Part shown: positions 43,668-53,920 of the stretch, in pieces
Numbering within the stretch: the first letter of the stretch is position 1
Layout of the letters: every line of letters starts with the position of its first letter
DNA from: an uncultured Verrucomicrobiae bacterium
GTDB taxonomy: Bacteria; Verrucomicrobiota; Verrucomicrobiia; Chthoniobacterales; UBA10450
Assembly: GCA_963735805.1 (NCBI GenBank)
Contig: CAVTMK010000004.1
Location: 32,001-96,000, forward strand
Direction of reading: 5' to 3'
DNA length: 64,000 nt
Made by a program: the position numbers and the translations under genes
The notes under the pieces: model-generated
Databases searched by the model: none
Seen by the model: only the letters and a program-made list of their open reading frames with translations
What the model was told of the DNA's origin: nothing

Positions 43668-44051
43668 ATGCAGATTAAATCAGCGAAAGATCTGATTGTT
43701 TATCAGAAAGCGTACTCATTGGCGATGGAAATTTTCGAGGTAAGCAAACGCTTTCCCGCAGAGGAAAAGTACTCACTTGTCGATCAAATCCGGCGCTCCT
43801 CCCGATCTGTTTGTACGAATCTGCGGGAGGCATGGGCAAAACGCAGGTACGAAGCGCACTTTGTCAGCAAGCTGACGGACACGGATGGTGAAAACGGTGA
43901 AACTGAAACTTGGCTCGATTTCGCTCATGAATGCGGTTATTTATCGAAACATGACCATGCGCTCTTCGCCGAGAAATGTCGTGAAGTCGGAGCAATGCTC
44001 GGAAGCATGATCAGTGATCCTTCGTCCTTTATTCTGCGGCAAACGCTGTGA
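43668..44051 (+). CDS. Four helix bundle protein (23S rRNA IVS protein/TIGR02436-like)
   Basis: DLIVYQKA, FPAEEKYSLVDQIRRSSRSV, ETETWL, CGYL; 127 aa; GGAG RBS. Confidence 0.92.
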   Translation: MQIKSAKDLIVYQKAYSLAMEIFEVSKRFPAEEKYSLVDQIRRSSRSVCTNLREAWAKRRYEAHFVSKLTDTDGENGETETWLDFAHECGYLSKHDHALFAEKCREVGAMLGSMISDPSSFILRQTL

Positions 44052-44093
44052 CTTCTGACCTCCGACCTCTGACTTCCGACTTCTGACCTCTGA
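44049..44093 (+). repeat. Heptamer tandem array, right, inverted relative to the left array
   Basis: TGACTTC TGACCTC CGACCTC TGACTTC CGACTTC TGACCTC TGA. Confidence 0.9.
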
Positions 44094-44095
44094 AC

Positions 44096-46027
44096 ATGTG
44101 CGGCATCGCAGGGCAGTTTAACTTTCAGCACCAGGAACCCGTGGAGCGCGAGACAATCGTGCGGATGGCGCGTTCTATTGCACATCGCGGACCAGACGAT
44201 GAAGGCTTCTTCATCGCCGGGCGTGTCGGTCTGGGATTCCGACGATTATCGATCATCGATCTCGCCGGCGGTCATCAGCCGATGTCGAACAGCGAAGGAA
44301 CCGTGTGGATAATCTTCAACGGCGAGATTTACAATTACAAAGAACTCCGAGCCGAACTGCAAAGCAAGGGCCATGAGTTTAGAACGAATTCAGACACGGA
44401 AGTAATCATACACGGCTATGAAGAGTGGGGCACTGATGTCTTCAATCACCTCAACGGTATGTTTGGTCTGGCTATTTGGGATGTGCAAAAGGAACGACTA
44501 ATCCTGGCCAGGGACGCCATGGGCATCAAACTCATTTATTACAAGATCGACAATGGAACCTTAACTTTCGGTTCTGAAATTCGCGCGATTCTGGCTGCGC
44601 AAAAATCACGGCCTGATGTCGATCCTACAGCCTTGAATCTGTTTCTGCGTTTCCGATATACGCCTTCTCCTTTGACGATATTTCAAGGTATTCGGAAGTT
44701 GGCGCCCGGTACCATGCTCGTTGTGGAGAAAGGCCAATGCCGCGAAGAACGCTGGTACAAGTTCATCCCGACTCCTTTTCCGACTCCTAAGAAAAAGGAG
44801 GAAGCCGTTTCTGAACTGCTTGAGTTGTATAGAGGTGCAGTTAAGCGTCATCTGCTTAGTGACGTGCCAGTCGGAGTACTTCTAAGTGGCGGTCTGGACT
44901 CGGGTCTCCTACTGGCGCTAATGAACGAACAAGGTGGGCCGTGGCCGGCCTATACGATAGGCTATGGCGAGAGTTTCGAAGACGACGAGCTAACCGATGC
45001 CGCCGTGACCGCCGGGCTCTTAGGAGCGCGGCATGTAAAGGTTAAGCTCGACCAGACTGAGTTTGAACGCGCTCTTCCGAAAATCGTAGAATGCCTGGAA
45101 GAACCTATTGCGACATCGTCGATCGTTCCGATGTACTTCGTTTCGCAGCGCGCGCGGCAGGATGTAAAGGTTGCCCTCATCGGCCAGGGACCGGACGAGT
45201 TGTTCGGTGGTTACACGCGGCACCTTGGTATTCACTACGGAAATTGGTGGCGGGGGCTGCCAGCCGGTGTCAGATCGATGGCGGGCTTTGCCGTGAATCG
45301 ATTGCCGCGGAACGAAACGTTGAAGCGTGGTGTTCGTTCGCTAAACGCCGCAGATCGTTTGAAGCGTTATCAAGATGTTTTTTCACTCGCGTCGCCAGAA
45401 ACAATAGACGGACTCTTTCGCGAAGATGTTCTTCCCGATAGAGGTCGCCACGAGTTGGTCGAGTACTGGGATGCGCTCCGGTCACAAATGGAGCATACGG
45501 ATGAGCTCGGCGGATTTCAGCTTCTTGAAATTCGCTCTTCGCTGCCCGATGAGCTGCTAATGTATGGGGACAAGTTATCCATGGCACACAGTCTCGAAGT
45601 CCGGGTGCCGTATCTTGATCGCACCGTGGTGGAGTACGGGCAACGGCTCAGCGCGAATCTCAAAGTCCGCAACGGAACCCGGAAGTGGTTGCATCGACAG
45701 ATTTGCCAGCGCTACTTGTCTCCGCAAATTCTTAAGGGAAAAAAACGCGGCTTCGCCGCCAACGTCGTGGACCAATGGTTTCGCTCTTCACTCAACGGAA
45801 TGCATCGCGAAGTGCTCCTGGATGAGAGCTCACTTATGTTTGGTTTGCTCAATCCCAGACCCGTGCGACGACTGCTCGAAGCGCACCAGTCTGGCCGCCA
45901 GGACAATCATAAGCTTCTGTTCAGCCTGGTGATGCTCGAACAATGGTTGCGTCGGAGTGGGTCGGGTCAAGAACAGCTAATCTCTGAGGCGCACGAAGGA
46001 ATGGACGCTGTTCGCGTGGCATCTTAG
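44096..46027 (+). CDS. asnB: Asparagine synthase-like glutamine amidotransferase
   Basis: MCGIAG, HRGPD, NGEIYN, LSGGLDS, GPDELFGGY, EVRVPYLD. Confidence 0.92.
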   Translation: MCGIAGQFNFQHQEPVERETIVRMARSIAHRGPDDEGFFIAGRVGLGFRRLSIIDLAGGHQPMSNSEGTVWIIFNGEIYNYKELRAELQSKGHEFRTNSDTEVIIHGYEEWGTDVFNHLNGMFGLAIWDVQKERLILARDAMGIKLIYYKIDNGTLTFGSEIRAILAAQKSRPDVDPTALNLFLRFRYTPSPLTIFQGIRKLAPGTMLVVEKGQCREERWYKFIPTPFPTPKKKEEAVSELLELYRGAVKRHLLSDVPVGVLLSGGLDSGLLLALMNEQGGPWPAYTIGYGESFEDDELTDAAVTAGLLGARHVKVKLDQTEFERALPKIVECLEEPIATSSIVPMYFVSQRARQDVKVALIGQGPDELFGGYTRHLGIHYGNWWRGLPAGVRSMAGFAVNRLPRNETLKRGVRSLNAADRLKRYQDVFSLASPETIDGLFREDVLPDRGRHELVEYWDALRSQMEHTDELGGFQLLEIRSSLPDELLMYGDKLSMAHSLEVRVPYLDRTVVEYGQRLSANLKVRNGTRKWLHRQICQRYLSPQILKGKKRGFAANVVDQWFRSSLNGMHREVLLDESSLMFGLLNPRPVRRLLEAHQSGRQDNHKLLFSLVMLEQWLRRSGSGQEQLISEAHEGMDAVRVAS

Positions 46028-46036
46028 GCCAAACCA

Positions 46037-47023
46037 ATGGATAACTGCACCAACGCCAAAATGGAAGAGACCCGTATCCGCGGTCAAACGCTCTTTGTAC
46101 CGTCAACCGAGATCTGTGGCCGGACGGTTATAGTAACGGGCAAATGGATCAGGACGGCAGAAATTAAGGATGAAGGCGTCGTGGAGGGTGTGACTGTCGA
46201 AGACCCTGACTCGTTTATTACCAAGCTAAAGGAAAGCGGCCTGACAGCCGATCTCTTTACGTTTGCGCAAAAGCCACCTGAGATCACGCCAAAATATGAT
46301 TATCACCAGGACTGGGATAACTGGGCTGCAATACCGACAGCTTGCTTTGAGGACTGGTGGGAAAGTCTGCCTCAAGTATCGAGAAAGAATGTAAGGCGCG
46401 CAGGCAAGCGTGGTGTGGTCGTGAAAGTTATACCGTTCGATGATGATCTGGTTAAACGAGTCCACAAGATTTATAACAGCATTCAGGTCCGCGACGGAAG
46501 GCTCTTCTGGCACTATGGGCAGGACGTTGATAGCGTAAGGCGAAGCCTTGCCACGTATCTGGATCGAAGTGAATTTATCGGTGCGTATTTAGGTGAGGAA
46601 CTTATAGGCTTCTTCAAGATGGTTTACGTTAACGATACGGCGACGATCTTTCATATCATCTCGATGGACGAGCATTATGACAAACGACCGCAAAACGCGC
46701 TGATCGCAAAAGCTGCAGAGGTGTGCGAGCAAAAGGCCATCTCTCATCTGATCTACGGGAAATTCATCTATGGCAACAAACGTCGGAGTTCACTGGTGGA
46801 ATTCAAACGTCGGAACGGTTTCCAGCAAGTTAACTTTCCGAGGTATTACATTCCGTTGACCCCGAGAGGCGAACTATTTGTCCGACTACGTTTATACCGA
46901 GGCGTTAGCGGGTTGCTTCCGGAACCCATTCTTTACCTGGCTTTAAGTTGCAGAGACTGGTATCACAAAAAAATTTCCACCAACCTGACTTTACAACGCA
47001 ATAAGTTCGCCGGTGTAGCTTAA
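46037..47023 (+). CDS. FemAB-like/GNAT-fold protein
   Basis: WWESLPQVSRKNVRRAGKRGV, EFIGAYLGEELIGF, PQNALIAKA, SLVEFKRRNGF resemble the Fem/GNAT motif layout. Confidence 0.7.
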   Translation: MDNCTNAKMEETRIRGQTLFVPSTEICGRTVIVTGKWIRTAEIKDEGVVEGVTVEDPDSFITKLKESGLTADLFTFAQKPPEITPKYDYHQDWDNWAAIPTACFEDWWESLPQVSRKNVRRAGKRGVVVKVIPFDDDLVKRVHKIYNSIQVRDGRLFWHYGQDVDSVRRSLATYLDRSEFIGAYLGEELIGFFKMVYVNDTATIFHIISMDEHYDKRPQNALIAKAAEVCEQKAISHLIYGKFIYGNKRRSSLVEFKRRNGFQQVNFPRYYIPLTPRGELFVRLRLYRGVSGLLPEPILYLALSCRDWYHKKISTNLTLQRNKFAGVA

Positions 47024-47080
47024 CGTTAGAGCGACTGAATCGTAATCAGTAGATGGAGTGTTCAATTCCTCCCGCCGGCT
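47009..47080 (+). tRNA. Non-canonical tRNA-Thr(CGT)-like gene overlapping the GNAT stop codon
   Basis: Acceptor GCCGGTG/CGCCGGC, D-stem GCTT/GAGC, anticodon arm ACTGA-ATCGTAA-TCAGT, T-loop TTCAATT; D-loop lacks GG, T-stem is bulged, no encoded CCA. Confidence 0.8.
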
Positions 47081-47201
47081 CCCCCACCGCTTTGAGAGTG
47101 GCGAGTATTTCCTTAATCGTAAACTGAATCCCCCGGAAAGTATGAGGCTAAGAGAATTCTGGCATCGGCTGAATAGCCGATAAAAAGCCGGAGCCGAGTT
47201 T

Positions 47202-48337
47202 ATGCGACTCTTTCAATCGACTATCTGCGTCAATGAGGACCGAGAGGCATGGGAGCCTTCCCTTAGGGTGGTCCTGGCCAGCCTGGGTCTTCACTGTCCC
47301 GACAGGGCGATCAACCTTTTCTATCCTTTTGCCAACGAAGGATTTCGTCGATGGCTAAGTGCGTACCCGCAAGTACAGCTGCAGGCGGATGGCCTAAGGG
47401 ATGGTTACGGCTGGAACGTAAAGCCACAGGCCATTATGCGATTGCTCGATGCTGGCTTCGACGAAGTCATTTGGATCGATTCGGACATGTTTGTAACCAG
47501 GGACATTCATCCCTTGTTCGACGGCCTCGACGAAGCAGTCTTTGTGGCCACAGAGCACACGTGTTCGCCGGATCACTACGACCACGATGGAGCCGGGCGT
47601 CGCGCGCAGTTGTGGCAGTTCCCGAGTCGGTCGCGTTCTCCCGGCTTCTCTCAATTCTGGTGTACTCCGGGTTACCAGACGGCACTATCCCTTGATGAAA
47701 CGATGGTGGGAATTGCTACAATCCGATGAATACCAGAGGTGCCAACAAAATGGATGGCGGCAAAGACCCATTCACATGCAGGGCGATCAAGATGTATTGA
47801 CCGCACTCTTAACTTCTACCGAATTCGCCGATATCCCCCTTAAAATGCTTCGCAGAGGTAAAGATATCGTCCAGTTTGACGGCGTATGGGGCTACACGAC
47901 AACCGAGCGACTTGCGGAGTTTGCTTGGCGATGGACCAACGTTCATTCATTGTATGGGCACTAAGCCGTGGGTGGCGCGTTGGAAATTGGAGCGACCCAA
48001 TGACGTGAGAGAGTATTTGAAGATGGTATATCTCGACGTGTCACCGTATACTTTGTCTTCTGCCAAATTTCGTCCGGATTTGGGATGCGACACGAACTGG
48101 ATGTCCGCACATTATAAGTTGAGTGCAATCCTTCGATCGCTAGGAATGCAGCACCCAGCGCTAGCCGGCCTGCCGATGGCCGTCTCTCTCGACATTGCGT
48201 CGGCTTATGAAACGCGCGTACGAGTCGATTTTCCGGCAAAGACTTGGCGCCAAATAGTCTGCGATATTTACAACAGCCTCGGGTCAAGTTTTACCGGTCA
48301 GGCAGCTTATCATATCAACCGGTCTTCAACGACATGA
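47202..48337 (+). CDS. GT-A nucleotide-diphospho-sugar transferase-like protein (frameshifted)
   Basis: WIDSD DxD motif, LNSGV, GDQDVL, FIHCMGTKPW across three ORF pieces. Confidence 0.7.
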
Positions 48338-48349
48338 GCCCTGACTGCG

Positions 48350-49757
48350 ATGTGGAAACCCGGAATCCGGCCGTCTGGCACTAGCCGCCAATCAATTATG
48401 CTGCGCATCTTGCTGTTAGCTCCAGCTAGTAACCCGGATGGAATCACCGGGCCTCTTATTGGGTACGCGCATGGCGAAGCCCTGGCGCGACGTCACACGG
48501 TGACGTTCGTCATTCGTCGACAGGACGAGGCGGCCGTGCGCCGCAAACCGTCCCCGTTTCATGCCATCGAAGTCATCTCCCCTTCGTGGCTCGATCGTAT
48601 GTATTCCTGGAGCTTTCGTTGGATCTTTAAAAATAACTACCGGAGCCAGGTTTTGACCGCCTTTAACTATATCTTTTGTGTGGCATTTGAATGGAGTGCC
48701 TGGCGGCAGACGCGAAGTCGAATTAAGGCGGGGGAATGGGATGTGGTCATACGCCTCTTGCCTATTTCGTCTGTCTTGCCGAGTCCATTTGCTTTTTTTC
48801 TCCGGCGAGGTCCTATCCCGTTTGTAATCGGGCCAATTAATGGTGGTTTGCCCTGGCCGGCCGGTTTTAGACAAGCCGATAAACAAAAGGAATGGATCTC
48901 CAACCTGAGGAATTTTTACCGCTTTCTGCCTTTCGCCCGATCAACCTATCGCGATGCCGCGGCCATCATCGCGGGCTCGTCACACACCTATAATGAGTTC
49001 GCAGCGTATCGCGAGAAACTGTTTTTAGTTCCAGGAGAGAATGGCATCAATCCTTCACTTTGCGGGAGTGCTTCACGCAGCTCGGTGCGTAGCGATAAGC
49101 TTGAGTTGATCTTCGTCGGCGGCCTCGTCCCATACAAGGCTTGTGACCTCGCTCTGCGAGCAGCCGCTTCGCTGCTGCAAACGCACCGAGCCCATTTCAC
49201 CATTGTGGGCGATGGCCCCGAGCAGGCCAGCCTTGAGCAACTCATCAGATCGCTGGGGATCGAGAAGGATGTCACTTTCTGTGGGAGCCTGAGCCATGAT
49301 GAAGTCTTACGCCGCCTCGGAGCAGTCGATGCAATGGTCTTTCCTTCAGTTCACGAGTTTGGAGGGGCGGTGGTCTTTGAGGCTCTGGCGATGGGCGCAG
49401 TACCAGTGGTCGTGGACTTCGGTGGACCAGGAGATATTGTTAATCCTGAAGTCGGCTTCAAAGTACCACTCACTAACGAAGACGACGTGGTGTCGCAGAT
49501 TCGAGAAGGTCCTGACAAGATTGGCCGATGATCCAGATCTTCTTGAGCAGTTGCGGCAGCGGGGGATGCACTATGCCCGAGAGTGCCTAAGTTGGGATGG
49601 AAAAGCGCAGCTCATGACGCAAATTTTGACTTGGGTGGTGGGGCAAGGTCCAAAGCCCGATCTTCAACCTCGGAAAGGGACTGCCCGCACGGCGAACGAG
49701 TGCCAGAATGGCAGGTCTGTTGGTAGCGAATCCTCTCTTCTAACTTCCGCTCGGTAA
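48350..49757 (+). CDS. Glycosyltransferase family 4 (frameshift near 49505)
   Basis: VGDGPE, FPSVHEFGGAVVFEALAMG; start may be the later ATG (MLRILL). Confidence 0.85.
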
Positions 49758-49763
49758 TCGGAT

Positions 49764-51587
49764 ATGCCTGGAATTGCTGGTATAATCAGTAAACACGGAC
49801 CATCGGCAGAGTGGCGCTCTCTGATTCAGTCCATGGTTGAGTGCATGACGCATGAGGCGTTTTATGCTAGCGGCACATATGTCAATGAGGAGCTCGGTCT
49901 CTGGAGCGGATGGACCTGCCACCGCGGAGCGTTCGGGGATTCTCTTCCTATCTGGAATGACAAGAAAAACATCTGCCTTATTTTTTCAGGCGAGGATTTC
50001 CCCGACCAGGCTGACGTCGATGCACTGAGAACGCGTGGGCATGACTTTAACTCAAATGACGCAAGTTATCTCGTCCACTTGTACGAGGAAATGGGTTATG
50101 GATTCCTGGAGAAGCTTAACGGCTGGTTCAGCGGTGTGTTATTGGATCTTCGTGAGCAGAAATTCGTTTTGTTTAACGACCGCTATGGCGTAAATCGGAT
50201 TTACTATCACGAAGACTCGCTCGGATTTTATTTTGCTTCTGAAGCGAAGGCCCTTCTAAAAATCCTTCCCAGCACTCGTCAACTTGATTTACGTAGCCTG
50301 GGCGAGGTTCTCTCTTGCGAGGCCGTTCTGCAAAACAGGACCCTTTTCTCCGGAATCTCCCTGCTTCCGCCAGGTTCGTCGTGGGTGTTTTCCAGGGGAG
50401 AACCAGTAAAGAAAAAGACTTACTTCAAGCAGGAAGGATGGGAAAGCCAGCCGGAGTTAAGCGAATCCCACTTTTACGAGAAGTTGAAAGAAACCTGGAC
50501 ACGAGTCCTTCCAAAATATTTCCTTGGAAAAGAGTCCGTCGGCCTGTCTCTGACTGGCGGAGTAGATAGCCGAATGATCCTGGCCTGGGCGCATCAGCTG
50601 CCCGGCACACTTCCATGCTATACGTGGGGCGGTAAATACCGTGATTGTGAGGACGTCAAGATCGCGCGCGAAGCCGCGAAACTTTGCCGGCAGCCTCACA
50701 ACACGATTCTCGTGGGCGACGAGTTCTTGTCTCAGTTTCACGATCTTGCCGAGAAAGCCGTTTATATTAGCGACGGTACCATGGATGTAACTGGGTCGAT
50801 CGACTTGTACGTTCAGAGACTGGCCCGACAAATCGCCCCAGTCCGACTTAGCGGTGTCTGTGGCGGCGAAATCTTGAGACGTCTTGTAATGTTCAAGCCG
50901 GCTCCTCTGGAAGGTGTTTTCGATCCGGAGTTGGAAAACTCCTTTCGGGACGCAGGTGAGACCTACGCTAACGAGCTTCAAGGTCACAGACTTTCCTTCA
51001 CTTCGTTTAAGCAGGCGCCATGGTACATGGCCAGCAAATTTGCCGTAGAACGATCGCAGGTCACTTATCGAACGCCGTACTTTGATAACGATCTGGTTGC
51101 GCTAGCTTATCAAACGCCAGCAGGACTGTTGCAGAATGAGCCAGCGATTCGACTCATTGCTGATGGGAATCCAGCGTTGGGAAAGATGGCGACGGATCGC
51201 GGTCTTGCCTCTGGATCAATTCGCGGCCTCAATCGGTTGCTGCATTGGTACCAAGAGTTCACCTTTAAAGCGGAGTATGCCTATGATTACGGAATGCCAC
51301 AGTGGCTTGCAAAACTCGATCACATGCTTGCCCCGCTACGCCTGGAAGAACTGTTCCTTGGGCGGCACAAAGTCGCTCACTTCCGTGTCTGGTATCGCGA
51401 TGAACTCTCGCCGTGGTTAAGGGAGATACTTCTCGACCCGGGTGCGCGCAGCAGACCCTACCTTCGAGCGAATTCTGTGGAAGCGATGCTCAAAGCTCAT
51501 AGCACTGGGCAGCGAAACTATACCTCTGAGATACACAAAATTTTGACGCTGGAATTCATCCAGAGAAAACTGATCGACCTGAATTAG
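49764..51587 (+). CDS. AsnB-like amide ligase lacking the N-terminal catalytic Cys
   Basis: MPGIAG start, DRYG, FASEAKAL, SLTGGVDSR, RTPYFDNDL. Confidence 0.85.
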   Translation: MPGIAGIISKHGPSAEWRSLIQSMVECMTHEAFYASGTYVNEELGLWSGWTCHRGAFGDSLPIWNDKKNICLIFSGEDFPDQADVDALRTRGHDFNSNDASYLVHLYEEMGYGFLEKLNGWFSGVLLDLREQKFVLFNDRYGVNRIYYHEDSLGFYFASEAKALLKILPSTRQLDLRSLGEVLSCEAVLQNRTLFSGISLLPPGSSWVFSRGEPVKKKTYFKQEGWESQPELSESHFYEKLKETWTRVLPKYFLGKESVGLSLTGGVDSRMILAWAHQLPGTLPCYTWGGKYRDCEDVKIAREAAKLCRQPHNTILVGDEFLSQFHDLAEKAVYISDGTMDVTGSIDLYVQRLARQIAPVRLSGVCGGEILRRLVMFKPAPLEGVFDPELENSFRDAGETYANELQGHRLSFTSFKQAPWYMASKFAVERSQVTYRTPYFDNDLVALAYQTPAGLLQNEPAIRLIADGNPALGKMATDRGLASGSIRGLNRLLHWYQEFTFKAEYAYDYGMPQWLAKLDHMLAPLRLEELFLGRHKVAHFRVWYRDELSPWLREILLDPGARSRPYLRANSVEAMLKAHSTGQRNYTSEIHKILTLEFIQRKLIDLN

Positions 51588-51711
51588 AACACGACTCGGT
51601 CCATGCCGGCCACACCTGCCGCTGAAAACGTAAGCTTGTAACCAGGTCAAACGAGATAAATGAGAAAGTATCGAACGTCCCCCTTCCAACCCTGAAATGT
51701 TTTGAGCTCGT

Positions 51712-52611
51712 ATGAACGTCTTGATCGTTAAACTTGGCGCTACTGGTGATGTTGTTCGCACGACGCCTCTGCTGCGTCGATTAAGCGGTTCGGTCACATG
51801 GATCACAGCCGCGAAGAATTCTGTTTTGCTGGACGGACTGTCGGACAACATGCGTCATTTTTCGTGGGAAGAGCGCGCGAGAGCATTAGATATTCCCTAC
51901 GACCTTGCCATAAATCTGGAAGACACACTCGAGATAGCCATGTTTCTGAAGAGTGTCCGGCCAGCCGAGATTTTCGGTGCTTACCTGGACTCGTCTCAGC
52001 ACTTGCGTTATACGGACAACTCGAAGTGCTGGTTTGATCTCAGTCTGATCAGTTCCCATGGCCGGTCGGAGGCTGATCGGCTGAAGCTCCTTAATCGGCA
52101 GACATATCAGGAGCTGGTTTTTAAGGGACTTGGGTTCGATTTTGCAGGTGAGACCTATTTGTTGCCGCAACCGATTGAAACCGGGCTATCAGGCGATGTT
52201 GCCATAGCAGCCGATGCCGGACCTGTCTGGCCGATGAAGAGATGGGCTTACTACGAGCAATTAAAACGACACTTGGAAGATAGCGGGTTGATCGTCAATG
52301 TACTGCCGAAAAGGTCATCGCTGCTCGAACATCTGGCCGATGTCCGAAACCACTGCTGCCTGGTTGGCGGTGATAGCCTGCCGATGCATTTGGCGCTAGG
52401 GACTGGTACGCGGTGCGTGACCCTCTTTACGTGCACGAGCCCTTGGGAAATTTATGACTATGGGATTCAAAAAAAGATCGTTTCCCCGCTGCTGGAAGAG
52501 TTTTTCTACAAACGGGGATACGATAAGCGCGCGACAAGCGCTATTTCAGTAGATGAGGTGCTAAGCGCAGTCATGAGCCAGTTGGACGTAGCGATTCGTG
52601 CCGTCAAATGA
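51712..52611 (+). CDS. Glycosyltransferase family 9 (heptosyltransferase-like)
   Basis: KLGATGDVVRTTP, KRW, GGDSLPMHLA. Confidence 0.85.
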   Translation: MNVLIVKLGATGDVVRTTPLLRRLSGSVTWITAAKNSVLLDGLSDNMRHFSWEERARALDIPYDLAINLEDTLEIAMFLKSVRPAEIFGAYLDSSQHLRYTDNSKCWFDLSLISSHGRSEADRLKLLNRQTYQELVFKGLGFDFAGETYLLPQPIETGLSGDVAIAADAGPVWPMKRWAYYEQLKRHLEDSGLIVNVLPKRSSLLEHLADVRNHCCLVGGDSLPMHLALGTGTRCVTLFTCTSPWEIYDYGIQKKIVSPLLEEFFYKRGYDKRATSAISVDEVLSAVMSQLDVAIRAVK

Positions 52612-53920
52612 TGCCACTCACCGAACAGACACCAGAAATCAGACATCAAGGGCCATCCCCATCTACGCCCTCAGATGTCGCTTTGTCCGCTTCGGCACCC
52701 CGTAGCTTACGCGCAGGCGGCTCATCAGCCCCACACCCTCGCCCACTTCAGGTTGCCCTTCTCACCGGCGGCGGAGACAAGCCCTATGCCCTCGGAATGG
52801 CAGCTGCGCTCACGTCAGAAGGCATCTCCGTTGATTTTATCGGCAGCGACGATTTGAGCGTCCCGGAGCTACTAACTAATCGTCGAGTGAACTTTCTTAA
52901 TTTGCGAGGGGACCAGAATCCCAAGACGAGACCGATCCAAAAGATGGCCAGAGTCTTGGCATACTACTGGCGTCTCGTCCGGTACAGCGCCGGAGCGAAG
53001 CCGAAGATTTTTCACATTCTCTGGAATAATAAGTTCCAGCTCTTCGACTGCACGTTGTTGATGCTCTATTACAAACTGCTGCGTAAGCGCATTGTATTCA
53101 CCGTGCATAATGTGAACGCGGGTAAGCGGGATTCCAACGATTCGTGGCTCAATCGGCTTTCACTGAAAGTTCAGTATCACTTGAGCGACCACCTCTTCGT
53201 TCACACCGACGGAATGAAACGCGAGATGATCTCCGAGTTTCACATTCCCGAGAGCAAGGTCAGCGTTATTCCATTTGGGATTAATAACACAGTTCCAAAT
53301 ACTGGCCTCTCGAGCACGGAAGCGAAGCGGCGGTTGAACGTGAGCAGCGGCGATAAAACCATGCTGTTTTTTGGAAACATCGCCCCCTATAAAGGGCTTG
53401 AGTACCTGATAGCAGCCTTCTCTGCACTCTTAGAAAAAGACCGCAGGTATTGCCTGTTAATTGTGGGAAGACCGAAGGGGGAACAGACTTACTGGAATGA
53501 AATTCGGCGGACCATTATCAGTGGTAACATTGGTGATCGCGTCATCGAGAAGATCGAGTACGTCCCTGACGAAGAGACGGAGCTATATTTCAAAGCGGCC
53601 GACGCTTTGGTTTTACCGTATGCACACGTGTTTCAGAGCGGCGTGCTATTCCTTGGCTATAATTTTGGACTACCCGCCATCGCCGCTGATGTAGCGAGCT
53701 TGAAGAACGAAATCGTCGAAGGCAAGACAGGCTTGGTGTTCCGGGCGCAGGATCCATTCGACCTGGCAAAAAGATTGATGAGTACTTCAAGAGCTTACTA
53801 TTCACCAACCTGGAAAACACGCGGCTTCAAATTAAACAGTATGCAAATGACCGATACTCGTGGAACAGGGTGGCCGAGATAACAACGGCTGTTTATTCCG
53901 ATCTCTTATCTTCTCGCTGA
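52608..53920 (+). CDS. Glycosyltransferase family 4 (frameshift in A-run near 53770)
   Basis: FFGNIAPYKG, FQSGV; C-terminus YSWNRVAEIT continues in another frame to TGA 53920. Confidence 0.85.

Noticed and set aside
44049..44093. CRISPR array or DGR suggested by repeats and an Avd-fold gene
   Set aside because: The repeats are 7-nt tandem units without spacers; no cas genes, reverse transcriptase or TR/VR pair are visible.
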